The position numbers and the translations under genes were made by a program. A DNA stretch of 64,000 nucleotides from an uncultured Clostridia bacterium. Its GTDB lineage: Bacteria > Bacillota > Clostridia > TANB77 > CAG-508. Of the stretch, positions 29,929-39,265 are shown one piece after another. Positions within the stretch are counted from its first letter, which is position 1; each line of letters begins with the position of its first letter. Where the stretch lies: the NCBI GenBank assembly GCA_963558405.1, contig CAUWGC010000002.1, forward strand, positions 32,001 to 96,000, given 5' to 3'. The notes under the pieces were generated by a model. It was given only the letters and a program-made list of their open reading frames with translations. It was not told the DNA's origin and made no database searches.

Positions 29929-31014
29929 CTAAATTCTAGTTTCAAATATATATTTTTCATCATTAGTATTGACTAACATTTTAATATTTGTATTACCTTT
30001 TTTAACAGTTATCATTTTTCCTTGCATTTTATCTGTTAATTTTTTAGAAAATTCTAATTTGTATTTATTAGTTGTTTCAAATAATGAATATTTAGTTAAA
30101 TTGATTATATTATTTCTATTCATTAGTGTTTTACCAACTTTTACATATTCGCCATCTTTATAGTTATATACTGTTACATTTCTAGTAAAGAAAAATAGAA
30201 TTACTAATATAATTCCAGTAGTACCTCCTGCAATAGGTAGTAAATTATCCTCTTTTTCTTCAATAGTTTCAGGTATAGGATCAGACTTTTCTTCTTCAAC
30301 TTTATTATATTTAACTGTATAAATATATGGACTTTCTACTGTTTTTGTTGCTGTCCCTGAATATTCAGCAGTTACACTATAGGTATTAGGATAATCAATT
30401 CTTTGTTTACCTGCATAGTAACATTTTGCTGTATATAAATTTGCAACTTCATATTCGCCAATCATTTTAGTAGTTTCAACTTCCCATTCAACATTTAATA
30501 GATTTAAAGTTAATCCATTTTTAACTGTTTGCTTAGGTATAAAATCTAAGTCATTTCTTTCTAGGTTAGTGTAATTTATTGTTTCTTCTATTAAATCTTC
30601 TCTAAAGCCATTGTAGTTCGTTTTAATTTGTATATTTTGAGTGTTTAATAGATATTCTCCAATATATCCATCTTTTTCATAACTAATAGTTGTCCCTAAT
30701 TGATTTATTATACTTTCTAAGTTATTTGTTTTACTTGTTATTTTTTTAGTTGTAGTTATATCAATAGTATCTGTCATAGATCCTCCTTCAGAAGTATAAC
30801 TATCAAAAGTATATTTATCTCCAAAAACTTCAATATCTTTTTCTAAATTTTCTATAAAAGTATTTTGTTCATCTTTTTGTACTAAATATGTTATATAACA
30901 ATTTAATTTATTATCAGTAACATTTGTGTTATCTAGCGTTACTGCAAAACAATTTGTAGCAGTAAGTAAAGTGCAAAAACTACATACTGCAAATATTCTT
31001 TTTATTAACTTCAT
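29929..31014 (-). CDS. Surface protein with signal peptide and TM anchor
   Basis: N-terminal signal, TM segment near residue 260. Confidence 0.6.
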   Translation of the reverse strand: MKLIKRIFAVCSFCTLLTATNCFAVTLDNTNVTDNKLNCYITYLVQKDEQNTFIENLEKDIEVFGDKYTFDSYTSEGGSMTDTIDITTTKKITSKTNNLESIINQLGTTISYEKDGYIGEYLLNTQNIQIKTNYNGFREDLIEETINYTNLERNDLDFIPKQTVKNGLTLNLLNVEWEVETTKMIGEYEVANLYTAKCYYAGKQRIDYPNTYSVTAEYSGTATKTVESPYIYTVKYNKVEEEKSDPIPETIEEKEDNLLPIAGGTTGIILVILFFFTRNVTVYNYKDGEYVKVGKTLMNRNNIINLTKYSLFETTNKYKLEFSKKLTDKMQGKMITVKKGNTNIKMLVNTNDEKYIFETRI

Positions 31015-31025
31015 TTTTTTACCTC

Positions 31026-31253
31026 CTAAAATATATTTATTATTCCAAATTTATTAGCAAGATAAGTAGCTCCAATGGAGCATAAAATTATAATGCCTAA
31101 ATAGAATAAAATATTAAATATTCTTGATAAAATATTAAATAAAAAAAGTAGTGCCTTTAGAACTGAATTCTGTTCATTGACAACTACTTGTTCTTCGTAT
31201 TTTTCTTTGATTTTTTGTTTTTTTAAATATTCTTTATATAAATTTTTCCTCAT
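31026..31253 (-). CDS. Small membrane protein
   Basis: Hydrophobic C-terminal half; overlaps the upstream stop codon. Confidence 0.6.
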   Translation of the reverse strand: MRKNLYKEYLKKQKIKEKYEEQVVVNEQNSVLKALLFLFNILSRIFNILFYLGIIILCSIGATYLANKFGIINIF

Positions 31254-32359
31254 TATTTACCTCTTTTCAGAAAACTGAACAAACCTTTATTTTCAACTAC
31301 TTCAAGTTTATTAGATTTTTCAGAAATGTAATCCTTAAATATTTCGTGATATATTCCTGTATTTATACTGCTATTAAAAGTATCTGTTGTAAATTCAGAA
31401 AAATATATATGTTTTATATATGATTTTAAAATCTTTCTAAATTTTGCTTTTTCCTCATTACTAGAAAAATTAAATATATAATTTACTTCAGGTATTTTTT
31501 CTAACAAACTTAAAACTCTAAATGTTTCATCTGTTTCCCAAGCCTTAGTACCACCAACTATAATTTTTACTTCTTTTGATAAAAAATTATCTAAAATATT
31601 TTCATTTAGAATTCCATAATCATATATGTAAAAATCATAGCCATATTGCATAGCATCAATTTTATTGTCATTACTATAAAGATCAATACCTTTATAAGAA
31701 TATAAACCATCTTTTTTTACCACACCATCTAAGGTTTCTATATTTTTAATTTCATCTTTATCTGTTGCACAAATATAACAAGCATTCATATTAAGACTTT
31801 TTAGAAACATTGTTATTAAAATTGCTTGTGTAGTAACTCCTATATGTTTTTCAGTTCCTGCAACAGCGATATTTACAAATTGTTTTAATGTTTTATATTC
31901 TTTCTTTATAATTATTTTGTTTTTCTTTCCACCTTCGATTTTCTGCCTAAATCTGACAGCATCTTTATACTGGCACCCTTCATCACTTAAACATTTCTTA
32001 AATTGTTCTTTTTGTTCATAATAGGTATTGCTATTTACAAAATTATAAATACCTTCATTGAATAGTTTAGCCAATAGATTATTTCCTTCTTGAAATCCTA
32101 AAGCAACTATAATAATTCTGATATTATACATACTTTTAATTGCTACAACTGATTGCACAATTTCATCTTCTGATTCCTTAGTCGAGGCTATATCAATAAT
32201 AATCTGCTTGTAATTATTTAAGTTTCTAAGTTCTTGTACTGCAAATCTTTTAAGACTATCAACACCAGTTAAAACTTGTGGGCTTTCAAATCCATTTTCT
32301 TTGCATACCTCATAAATTAACTTTTCATTTTCTCTAGTAATTGCTAAAATCAATTTCAT
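31253..32359 (-). CDS. Receiver-like plus MinD/ParA-like conjugation-associated protein
   Basis: IIIDI..EGIYNF; IAVAGTEKHIGVTTQAI (degenerate P-loop); YDFYIYDYG. Confidence 0.55.
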   Translation of the reverse strand: MKLILAITRENEKLIYEVCKENGFESPQVLTGVDSLKRFAVQELRNLNNYKQIIIDIASTKESEDEIVQSVVAIKSMYNIRIIIVALGFQEGNNLLAKLFNEGIYNFVNSNTYYEQKEQFKKCLSDEGCQYKDAVRFRQKIEGGKKNKIIIKKEYKTLKQFVNIAVAGTEKHIGVTTQAILITMFLKSLNMNACYICATDKDEIKNIETLDGVVKKDGLYSYKGIDLYSNDNKIDAMQYGYDFYIYDYGILNENILDNFLSKEVKIIVGGTKAWETDETFRVLSLLEKIPEVNYIFNFSSNEEKAKFRKILKSYIKHIYFSEFTTDTFNSSINTGIYHEIFKDYISEKSNKLEVVENKGLFSFLKRGK

Positions 32360-32406
32360 CAGCTCCTTTCTTAAAATATAAAAAATAGACTGCCATTTCT
32401 GACAAT

Positions 32407-33705
32407 CTATAACTCTTGATTATTATTTGGAATTTCTTTTTTACTTTGTATCTTTTCTTTTATTTTTCTTTTTTCATCTTTTGTTGGTATATAAAATTCC
32501 TTTTTTTTATTTCTATATAATGAATTTTTATACTCTTTCAATTCATTTTGAATTACTAATAAATAATATAATGTATTCATAAGCATTATTGTATCAATTT
32601 TTTTATAACTATACGATTTACCGTGTGAAATTGGATTCCTTCTTGCCTTTTTATTTGTATTTATAGAAATTTTATTATTAAACTCAATTTGTTCATATAA
32701 TAAATTTATATTACTATTTACCATCATAACTATAAAAGAAAAATCTGAATTATCTCTTTTTAAGTCTAAATCGTTAATAATTGGCTCAAATAATTTTAAC
32801 CTAGATGTGCATCCCTTATCAATTAAATAATATGACAAGGAATTGTCAATCATTGTTGTTATACCTATACTTGCTAAAGCATAAGATTTACTTTTATATG
32901 AAGTAACAATTTGATTAAAAACTTTTCTTTGATTATTGTTAGATAACATACCTCTTATATCGTTAATAAGTAATTCTACTTTTGTTTTATTAAAATATCT
33001 ATTTATATATTGATCAAATTCTTTTTCTGTCTTTACATTTTGTAATATTTCGTGCAATTCTTCTGTTGTTATTTTATATGGCATAATCCAAAAGAATTCA
33101 CTCAACTTATCATAATAGTTCATCCAACTTAGTAAACTATCAGGATTATTTCTTGCCTCCTCTAACGATAAAGATAAAGCCTTAAATGCAGGAGTAATAT
33201 TTCTATTCATAGCCTCAGCTACTGTGCTAATCAACTGTCTTTGTGTTTCAGCTATTTGTGAAATAACATTAGATAAAGAGCTTGTAACTACATTCATGAT
33301 TTTTTCATTACACAAAGATAATTGCTGTTTTGCTATTGTTCCAATCATTGTAGAAATTCTATCTATTCCCATAGAATTTTTTACTTGTGTCATCATATTT
33401 TGATAAGCTGGCATTAGTGATTGTATCTGATTTTTATACATATTTGAATTTATTGTATTTATTATTTGTTCATTGCTAGAAAGTATTTTAGGCTTTGCAA
33501 GTTCTATCTTATTTGAAATATCCATCATTCTTATTGAATTTGTTGCTTGTTCTATTGCTTTGTTATACTGAGGACTAATTACTTGTAACTGTTTTTTATA
33601 TTTTTCTAACACTTTTTCACTACTTTTTATTTTTGTTTTTGAATCTTCTTCTATTTCTTTCTTCTTTTTTTCTTCATCCATATTACCACCATCTGAAAAA
33701 TCCAA
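32407..33705 (-). CDS. Hypothetical protein with C-terminal HEPN-like RxxxxH motif, in its own cassette
   Basis: RNPISH motif; own TTGAAA-N17-TATAAT promoter (about 33719-33747) and terminator at 32381-32410. Confidence 0.6.
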   Translation of the reverse strand: MDFSDGGNMDEEKKKKEIEEDSKTKIKSSEKVLEKYKKQLQVISPQYNKAIEQATNSIRMMDISNKIELAKPKILSSNEQIINTINSNMYKNQIQSLMPAYQNMMTQVKNSMGIDRISTMIGTIAKQQLSLCNEKIMNVVTSSLSNVISQIAETQRQLISTVAEAMNRNITPAFKALSLSLEEARNNPDSLLSWMNYYDKLSEFFWIMPYKITTEELHEILQNVKTEKEFDQYINRYFNKTKVELLINDIRGMLSNNNQRKVFNQIVTSYKSKSYALASIGITTMIDNSLSYYLIDKGCTSRLKLFEPIINDLDLKRDNSDFSFIVMMVNSNINLLYEQIEFNNKISINTNKKARRNPISHGKSYSYKKIDTIMLMNTLYYLLVIQNELKEYKNSLYRNKKKEFYIPTKDEKRKIKEKIQSKKEIPNNNQEL

Positions 33706-33750
33706 TTATTTTTTTAACATTATAGCAAAAAAGTGTGTATTTTTCAATAT

Positions 33751-34320
33751 TTACACTTCATTTCCCCACGAATCCCAACCATCTGCTGTCTGTCTTGCAA
33801 ACAATTCAATTCTAGGTAAATCCCCTACAAGTTCAATTATTCTTTCTCTAACAACCTCAGGTTTTTTACTATGTTCTTCAATATGAGTATCTACTATTTG
33901 AAATACTTTATTTGATTTTCTTTTTATAGTCCCTCTCGTACCTATTAAGCAGATTTCTGAATTTGCTCTAGTCCAATGTCCCATACCGAAAAACCAAGTA
34001 TCACTTTTTTTATTTCTTTTGATCCAATTAAAACCACAAGTTTTATACTTAAATCCCCATTCTTTCATAACTCTTAAACCCTCTAAAAGACAAGGAAATG
34101 TTACCCATAAAAAAAGGATACAATCTTTATTTGAAATATTTTTGATTGTATCTTTCATATTCACTATATCTTCAATATTCATTGTAGGATAATGCTTTTC
34201 AGCTGTTCCTGTGCCATCTCTCCAAGTTTTGTATTTCCAAGGAGGATCAGCATAAATTATATTGTATTTTTTATCAGTATTATATATATCTGTTACCAAT
34301 TCATACCTCCTTATTTCCAT
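33751..34320 (-). CDS. MT-A70 family adenine methyltransferase
   Basis: IIYADPPW, LFLWVT, HSKKP, RIELFAR..GWDSWGNE. Confidence 0.9.
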   Translation of the reverse strand: MEIRRYELVTDIYNTDKKYNIIYADPPWKYKTWRDGTGTAEKHYPTMNIEDIVNMKDTIKNISNKDCILFLWVTFPCLLEGLRVMKEWGFKYKTCGFNWIKRNKKSDTWFFGMGHWTRANSEICLIGTRGTIKRKSNKVFQIVDTHIEEHSKKPEVVRERIIELVGDLPRIELFARQTADGWDSWGNEV

Positions 34321-35029
34321 ATAAATATTCTCTAGGATTTATATAATCCACATTTTTCGACATTCTTATTTCAAAGTGTAAATGCGATCCTGTACTATAT
34401 CCTGGATTTGGATCACGATTAGGATCTCCTCCCTGAATACCAATTACTGTACCTTGCTGAATTTCTTGACCTTCAATAGCATCGATTCTAGCTAAGTGAG
34501 CATATAAAGTATAATAAGTTATTCCATTTTCGGTTATATGTTGTATTTCTACACAATTTCCATAGCCTGTTTTGACACCTGCAAATACAACAGTCCCTTT
34601 TTCAACAGTTGTAATATTTGAGTGCCAAGCTCCTGCTAAATCTATTCCTGTATGAAAACTTTGCTTTCCAGTTACAGGATGAATTCTTACTCCAAATTCA
34701 CTTGTAACAGTTGCATTTTGAACAGGCATAGGGAATGTTCCGTTATATTCTAACTCTCCAATAGTTACAGTAGGAGCATAGGTATCGTGCATTTCAACTA
34801 ATGAATAGTACGAACTGTCTGAAGTCTGCCCATCATCTCCAAAGCCAAAGAAACTTTTAATTTTATCAATAGTGGATGTTATTGCAAAAACAGGAATTAA
34901 AATTATTAAAGTTATAACAACAATAGTAATAATAATTCCTATAATTAGTCTTTGTCTTTTTTCTTCATCTGTTATTTGACTAATAACAGCTTGTGCGATA
35001 ATCTTTGCTGTATGTGGATCTACTGCCAT
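34301..35029 (-). CDS. M23 family peptidase (conjugative cell-wall hydrolase)
   Basis: FHTGIDL, YAHL, STGSHLHFEIR. Confidence 0.88.
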   Translation of the reverse strand: MAVDPHTAKIIAQAVISQITDEEKRQRLIIGIIITIVVITLIILIPVFAITSTIDKIKSFFGFGDDGQTSDSSYYSLVEMHDTYAPTVTIGELEYNGTFPMPVQNATVTSEFGVRIHPVTGKQSFHTGIDLAGAWHSNITTVEKGTVVFAGVKTGYGNCVEIQHITENGITYYTLYAHLARIDAIEGQEIQQGTVIGIQGGDPNRDPNPGYSTGSHLHFEIRMSKNVDYINPREYLYGNKEV

Positions 35030-36861
35030 TAACGACCACCACCTTTACCAAAATACTCAAACTCAATAGGGAATATATCAAACCTTACGAATATTCTGTT
35101 TGAGCCAATGATAAATAGTGCTAAACCTCTTTTCTTTTTATATAAGAATTCTGCTTGTGCCTCACTTAATTTAAAAAGTTCAGTAGATTCTTCTAAGTTC
35201 TGTCCATCAGTACCCATAAGAATTTTATATGTTGCCATATCAAGTATTGCTTGTCCATACATCTTTACTGAGCCATCTAAAAAATCAACAATAGAATGAG
35301 AAATAATAACTAGGCTACCTTCATATTTTCTACATCTCTTAGCAACATTTCTTAAAAATATCAATGTTTGTGGAACTTCAGGATCTATAAGCAAATAAGC
35401 CTCATCGCATACAAGCATTGTTTTTTCAGTTTTATCTTTGCTCATTATTTCCCAACAGTAAGTTAATATATTGAAATACTGAGCTTTTTTAATTCTATCT
35501 GAAGCATTTTGAAGATTAAAAGTATCAAAACATACAACTTTTGCTATATCATTTACTGAAGTATAACCATTAAATAGTCCTTTTTCAGCTCCTATACTAA
35601 TTCCTCTTAATAAACTTTTTAATGTGGCAAATACTTTTTGTTTATCTTTTTCTTTTTCAGTATTTGCTTTTTCTTCAAGTAAATTATATAAATCTGTCAT
35701 AATAGGAAATTTATTATTAGGAATACCTGTTATATCTGTATCCCAAGTTATACCAAATTTTTGATATAATTCTTCTAAAACTTCTTCTAAATATGCTACT
35801 TGTATTGAATTAAGTTCAGGATATAAAAGTTTAAAGAAAGTCCTTAAAGTTTGAAAATGTAAAGCCATAGCTCCCATTCCTTTTCCTTCATCTTTATAAC
35901 CAATTTCTTCTTCATTTTCATCATCAAGTGGAACTGCTTTTATTTGTAAAGGGTTTATAATTCCACCTTTGCCACTTCCTATGTCAATCCATTTCTCGCC
36001 TAATTTTTCTGTCATTTGCTTATATTCTCTTTCAGGATCTATCAAAATTATTTTAGTATCTGTCATATATTCATTTAAAATCAAATGCTTAGCAACAGTA
36101 GATTTTCCAACTCCTGCTGTTCCCATAATTACAAAGTTTGAGTTTGTTCTATCTCCTCCCCTTTTCCAAGGATCAAGTATTACAATTCCACCTTTTGTAT
36201 CTCGTGCAAAATAATATTTGTTTCCATCATTAAATCCTGAACTAGAAAATGGAAGTCCACCTATCCAAGAACTTTCTAGCATATTTCTATCAGCAATTTC
36301 TTTAATTACTGGATCTGTAATAGCAAAAGGCGACATTAACTTAAATGAGTTTCTACTCAAATTAGTTAATAATCGCCCTTTCATTTGCATAGTTGCTAGT
36401 TTAGTTAAAACAGCTTTTGATCTTTGTTTTAATTCTTCCATATCTTCAGCAATAACCATTATTGCAATAGTAACATATACAACAGTTTCTCCGTTTAGGT
36501 CTATCTTTTCAATAAGTTCTCTAGCATCGTTTATTTCTCTTTCTGTTCTTTGCCTTAATATTTCATCTTTAATACTATCGTACTGAATTTCATTCTGCCT
36601 AATACCTTTACTTATATTCTGCATTAGGGTATCTTTTTCAGTAGGAGATATGTTTAATGAACATACCGTATTAGGAATATTTGCAATACTTTCTAGCCAT
36701 CCTACTCTTACTTTTTGAGGATATTTTGTTATTGCATATACCCTACCTAAATAATCTCCAACTCTAAAATAATTCTTTTTATATTCAATACCTCCAATAG
36801 GACTAAGAATATTAAGCAAAGTATGATTCTCAATTATTCTTTCTATTTCTTTTTTCTTCAA
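35029..36861 (-). CDS. virB4: VirB4-like conjugation ATPase
   Basis: GTAGVGKS, IDPEREY, INPL, CDEAY, RKY. Confidence 0.9.
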   Translation of the reverse strand: MKKKEIERIIENHTLLNILSPIGGIEYKKNYFRVGDYLGRVYAITKYPQKVRVGWLESIANIPNTVCSLNISPTEKDTLMQNISKGIRQNEIQYDSIKDEILRQRTEREINDARELIEKIDLNGETVVYVTIAIMVIAEDMEELKQRSKAVLTKLATMQMKGRLLTNLSRNSFKLMSPFAITDPVIKEIADRNMLESSWIGGLPFSSSGFNDGNKYYFARDTKGGIVILDPWKRGGDRTNSNFVIMGTAGVGKSTVAKHLILNEYMTDTKIILIDPEREYKQMTEKLGEKWIDIGSGKGGIINPLQIKAVPLDDENEEEIGYKDEGKGMGAMALHFQTLRTFFKLLYPELNSIQVAYLEEVLEELYQKFGITWDTDITGIPNNKFPIMTDLYNLLEEKANTEKEKDKQKVFATLKSLLRGISIGAEKGLFNGYTSVNDIAKVVCFDTFNLQNASDRIKKAQYFNILTYCWEIMSKDKTEKTMLVCDEAYLLIDPEVPQTLIFLRNVAKRCRKYEGSLVIISHSIVDFLDGSVKMYGQAILDMATYKILMGTDGQNLEESTELFKLSEAQAEFLYKKKRGLALFIIGSNRIFVRFDIFPIEFEYFGKGGGR

Positions 36862-36862
36862 T

Positions 36863-37474
36863 TTAAGCCTCCTTCAGCATTACAACTTTATCCTCAATAT
36901 CAGTATCTTCTCTATGAGCATAATTCATATTTAAAAAGCTATTACATAACTGTATTAGAGAAGGCTCATCAAGGATTTCTGTTTTAATGCTACATCTCTC
37001 AAATTTATTGCTTAAATCTAAACACCTTTTTAATAAATCTTTTTCTGAATTATCATCGTGCTTAGCATTTATCATTAAAAAAGATTGCCTCTCAACGATT
37101 TCTCCGTTCAAAGACAACCTTTGTACTTCTTTTAAATGTGTTTTTAATAATCTTTTTTGAATTGCATTATCTGTTGTATTTATAATCTCTGTTAAATATT
37201 CCTGTAATGGAGATATATCAACAGCTCTAGCAATATTAAAATATTTCATTTCTCCTTGTTCTGAAGAAAGTTCAGCAGATAATTCATTTATTAAATTTTG
37301 CTTTTCTCTTTCAGTAAGTAATTGAGTATTTATTGAATATATTTTTAATCCTGCAATTACATTGCCATCTCTTGTATAAATATAATTATTTCTAATATCT
37401 AAAATACCAACTTCTTCATTACAAGTATTGTCTTTTGATTTTTTACCAAATATATTAAGTATTTTTCCCAACAT
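36863..37474 (-). CDS. Conjugation protein (TrsD-like, upstream of VirB4)
   Basis: Position between the PrgI-like gene and VirB4; likely start MLGK after GGAGGGG. Confidence 0.55.
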   Translation of the reverse strand: MLGKILNIFGKKSKDNTCNEEVGILDIRNNYIYTRDGNVIAGLKIYSINTQLLTEREKQNLINELSAELSSEQGEMKYFNIARAVDISPLQEYLTEIINTTDNAIQKRLLKTHLKEVQRLSLNGEIVERQSFLMINAKHDDNSEKDLLKRCLDLSNKFERCSIKTEILDEPSLIQLCNSFLNMNYAHREDTDIEDKVVMLKEA

Positions 37475-37799
37475 TTCCCCTCCATTTATTATAATATTTA
37501 TATCTATATTGTTTTTGTGTATTAGCAAAGTCTATTAAAAACTTTATTTGCTTTGTTACACACAAATTATTTTCATCTTTAGCAGTTGCTATAATTGTTC
37601 CTGCAACTCCTATGAATTCAATTACCACAGGCAATAAGAAACTACCCTTTAATTTGTAAATAATTAAGCTAATAGGAAGTAAACAAGCAAAAACAATTAT
37701 TGTAGATATTAGTTCTTTTACACCATATCCTTTAAAAAATTCCATTCTAGTTTTTACATTAGAAGGAATATAAAGTTTATAATCATTTTCATTATCCAT
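37455..37799 (-). CDS. PrgI/VirB3-like membrane protein
   Basis: YIPSNVKTRMEFFKGYG, two TM segments, KQYRY. Confidence 0.6.
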   Translation of the reverse strand: MDNENDYKLYIPSNVKTRMEFFKGYGVKELISTIIVFACLLPISLIIYKLKGSFLLPVVIEFIGVAGTIIATAKDENNLCVTKQIKFLIDFANTQKQYRYKYYNKWRGNVGKNT

Positions 37800-37801
37800 C
37801 T

Positions 37802-38017
37802 TTAACCTCCATAATATTTTTTTACTAAATCTAAAATTACAAATATCAATTCTGATATTATTCCAAAAACTATGGTATTTCTTATTTTTCTTTTATATGA
37901 GCCTTGTGCATCTTCATCATAAATCATTTTAGTTAAGCAAAATACCACTCGGAATATAACTCCAAGTGGTATAACTACAACTTTTAACAAATTTATTATT
38001 TCATTTAAAGTATCCAT
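37802..38017 (-). CDS. Small two-TM conjugation protein
   Basis: Two hydrophobic helices, within the T4SS operon. Confidence 0.55.
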   Translation of the reverse strand: MDTLNEIINLLKVVVIPLGVIFRVVFCLTKMIYDEDAQGSYKRKIRNTIVFGIISELIFVILDLVKKYYGG

Positions 38018-38020
38018 AAA

Positions 38021-38878
38021 TTACCCTTTCTTTAATGTACTAAGTTTTCTCTTAATTTGAGAAGAAAGTTCCATAGTTTTACTTGTAGTAACTATTACAT
38101 TACTAATTCCACCAGTTCCACCACCAAGCATAAACTCTTGTAAGAACTTAGGTGTTTTAATCGCCATTATTATCGCAGCGATTCCAAATAACATTTTTAC
38201 ATTCATTATCAGTATTATTGCGATTTTGCATAATATAATTTGTACTAAAACAGTCAAAATACTTTTTATTAGTTTTTCTGAATAAGATTTAAAAACTCCT
38301 CCATCAGGATTTACTAAACCTACACAAGCTAGAGGAAAACCTAATTTTAATACAAACATTTCTAAGGATCTCATTAAAAATTGTATATATAGAACAAATA
38401 ATAGTATTAAAGCAATTAAGGCTACTATTGCCGTAAATAAGCCTGAAGTTGCAATATTAGCAATAGCTGTCGTAAGTGATACATTATTAGCCATATTCAT
38501 AGCCGTTAAAATAGATTCTCCAAATGACTTAGCAATTTGAATTACCCAATCATATAGAATAGAAAAGCTAATTGCTACAACTATTGCTCTTATAAAGTAA
38601 ACAATATAAGTAAGTGGAGGTGTATCAGCCTCTCCATCTGTCCATAATATATACATATCAAAACCTTTTTTCAAAAACTTTAATACTATTAAGGATATTG
38701 CCAAACTTAAAATAAGTGCTTTTAGCCCAGAAAAGTCAACTACTGTACTTCCAAAATTAGAAGATATATAGTTTTCTGAATTAAAGCACATATCAATAAG
38801 TCCATTAAATGCAGAGTTTATAACATTATCAGCACCACCAATAATACTGGTAATTAAGCCAGTTAAAATTGATTCCAA
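38021..38878 (-). CDS. VirB6/TrbL-like polytopic membrane protein
   Basis: Five to six TM helices, RSLEMFVLKLGFPLACVG. Confidence 0.7.
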   Translation of the reverse strand: MESILTGLITSIIGGADNVINSAFNGLIDMCFNSENYISSNFGSTVVDFSGLKALILSLAISLIVLKFLKKGFDMYILWTDGEADTPPLTYIVYFIRAIVVAISFSILYDWVIQIAKSFGESILTAMNMANNVSLTTAIANIATSGLFTAIVALIALILLFVLYIQFLMRSLEMFVLKLGFPLACVGLVNPDGGVFKSYSEKLIKSILTVLVQIILCKIAIILIMNVKMLFGIAAIIMAIKTPKFLQEFMLGGGTGGISNVIVTTSKTMELSSQIKRKLSTLKKG

Positions 38879-38889
38879 AACGTACCTCC

Positions 38890-39258
38890 TTATCTATAAT
38901 ATCCAATTATTAAGTTTATAAGTCCACTAGCAACAACTACACCAACACAGCAAATTATTGCTACCTTTATTCTTGAATCCCATCTCTTGCCATCCATTTC
39001 ATCACTTGATGATTTTCTAAGCAAGTAATAGCCAACTAATAATACTGTTAAAACAGGAGCAAGTATTAAGAGCCAGTTAGTTAAATCTGTTATTAAATTT
39101 TGTGTACCTGTTGCAATTTGACTGTCTTGAACTCCTGCAAAACAAGTGCTTGTTGCACAAATAAGACTTGTTGTAACAAGTCCTGCTTTTCCTATTCTTT
39201 TTGAATATTTTTTTAATTTTTCTTTTATCTTTTCCTTCATACATAAATTCTCCTTCAT
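38890..39258 (-). CDS. VirB2/TrbC pilin-like protein
   Basis: Signal ending CFA plus two TM helices, downstream of VirD4. Confidence 0.6.
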   Translation of the reverse strand: MKENLCMKEKIKEKLKKYSKRIGKAGLVTTSLICATSTCFAGVQDSQIATGTQNLITDLTNWLLILAPVLTVLLVGYYLLRKSSSDEMDGKRWDSRIKVAIICCVGVVVASGLINLIIGYYR

Positions 39259-39265
39259 TGATTTT

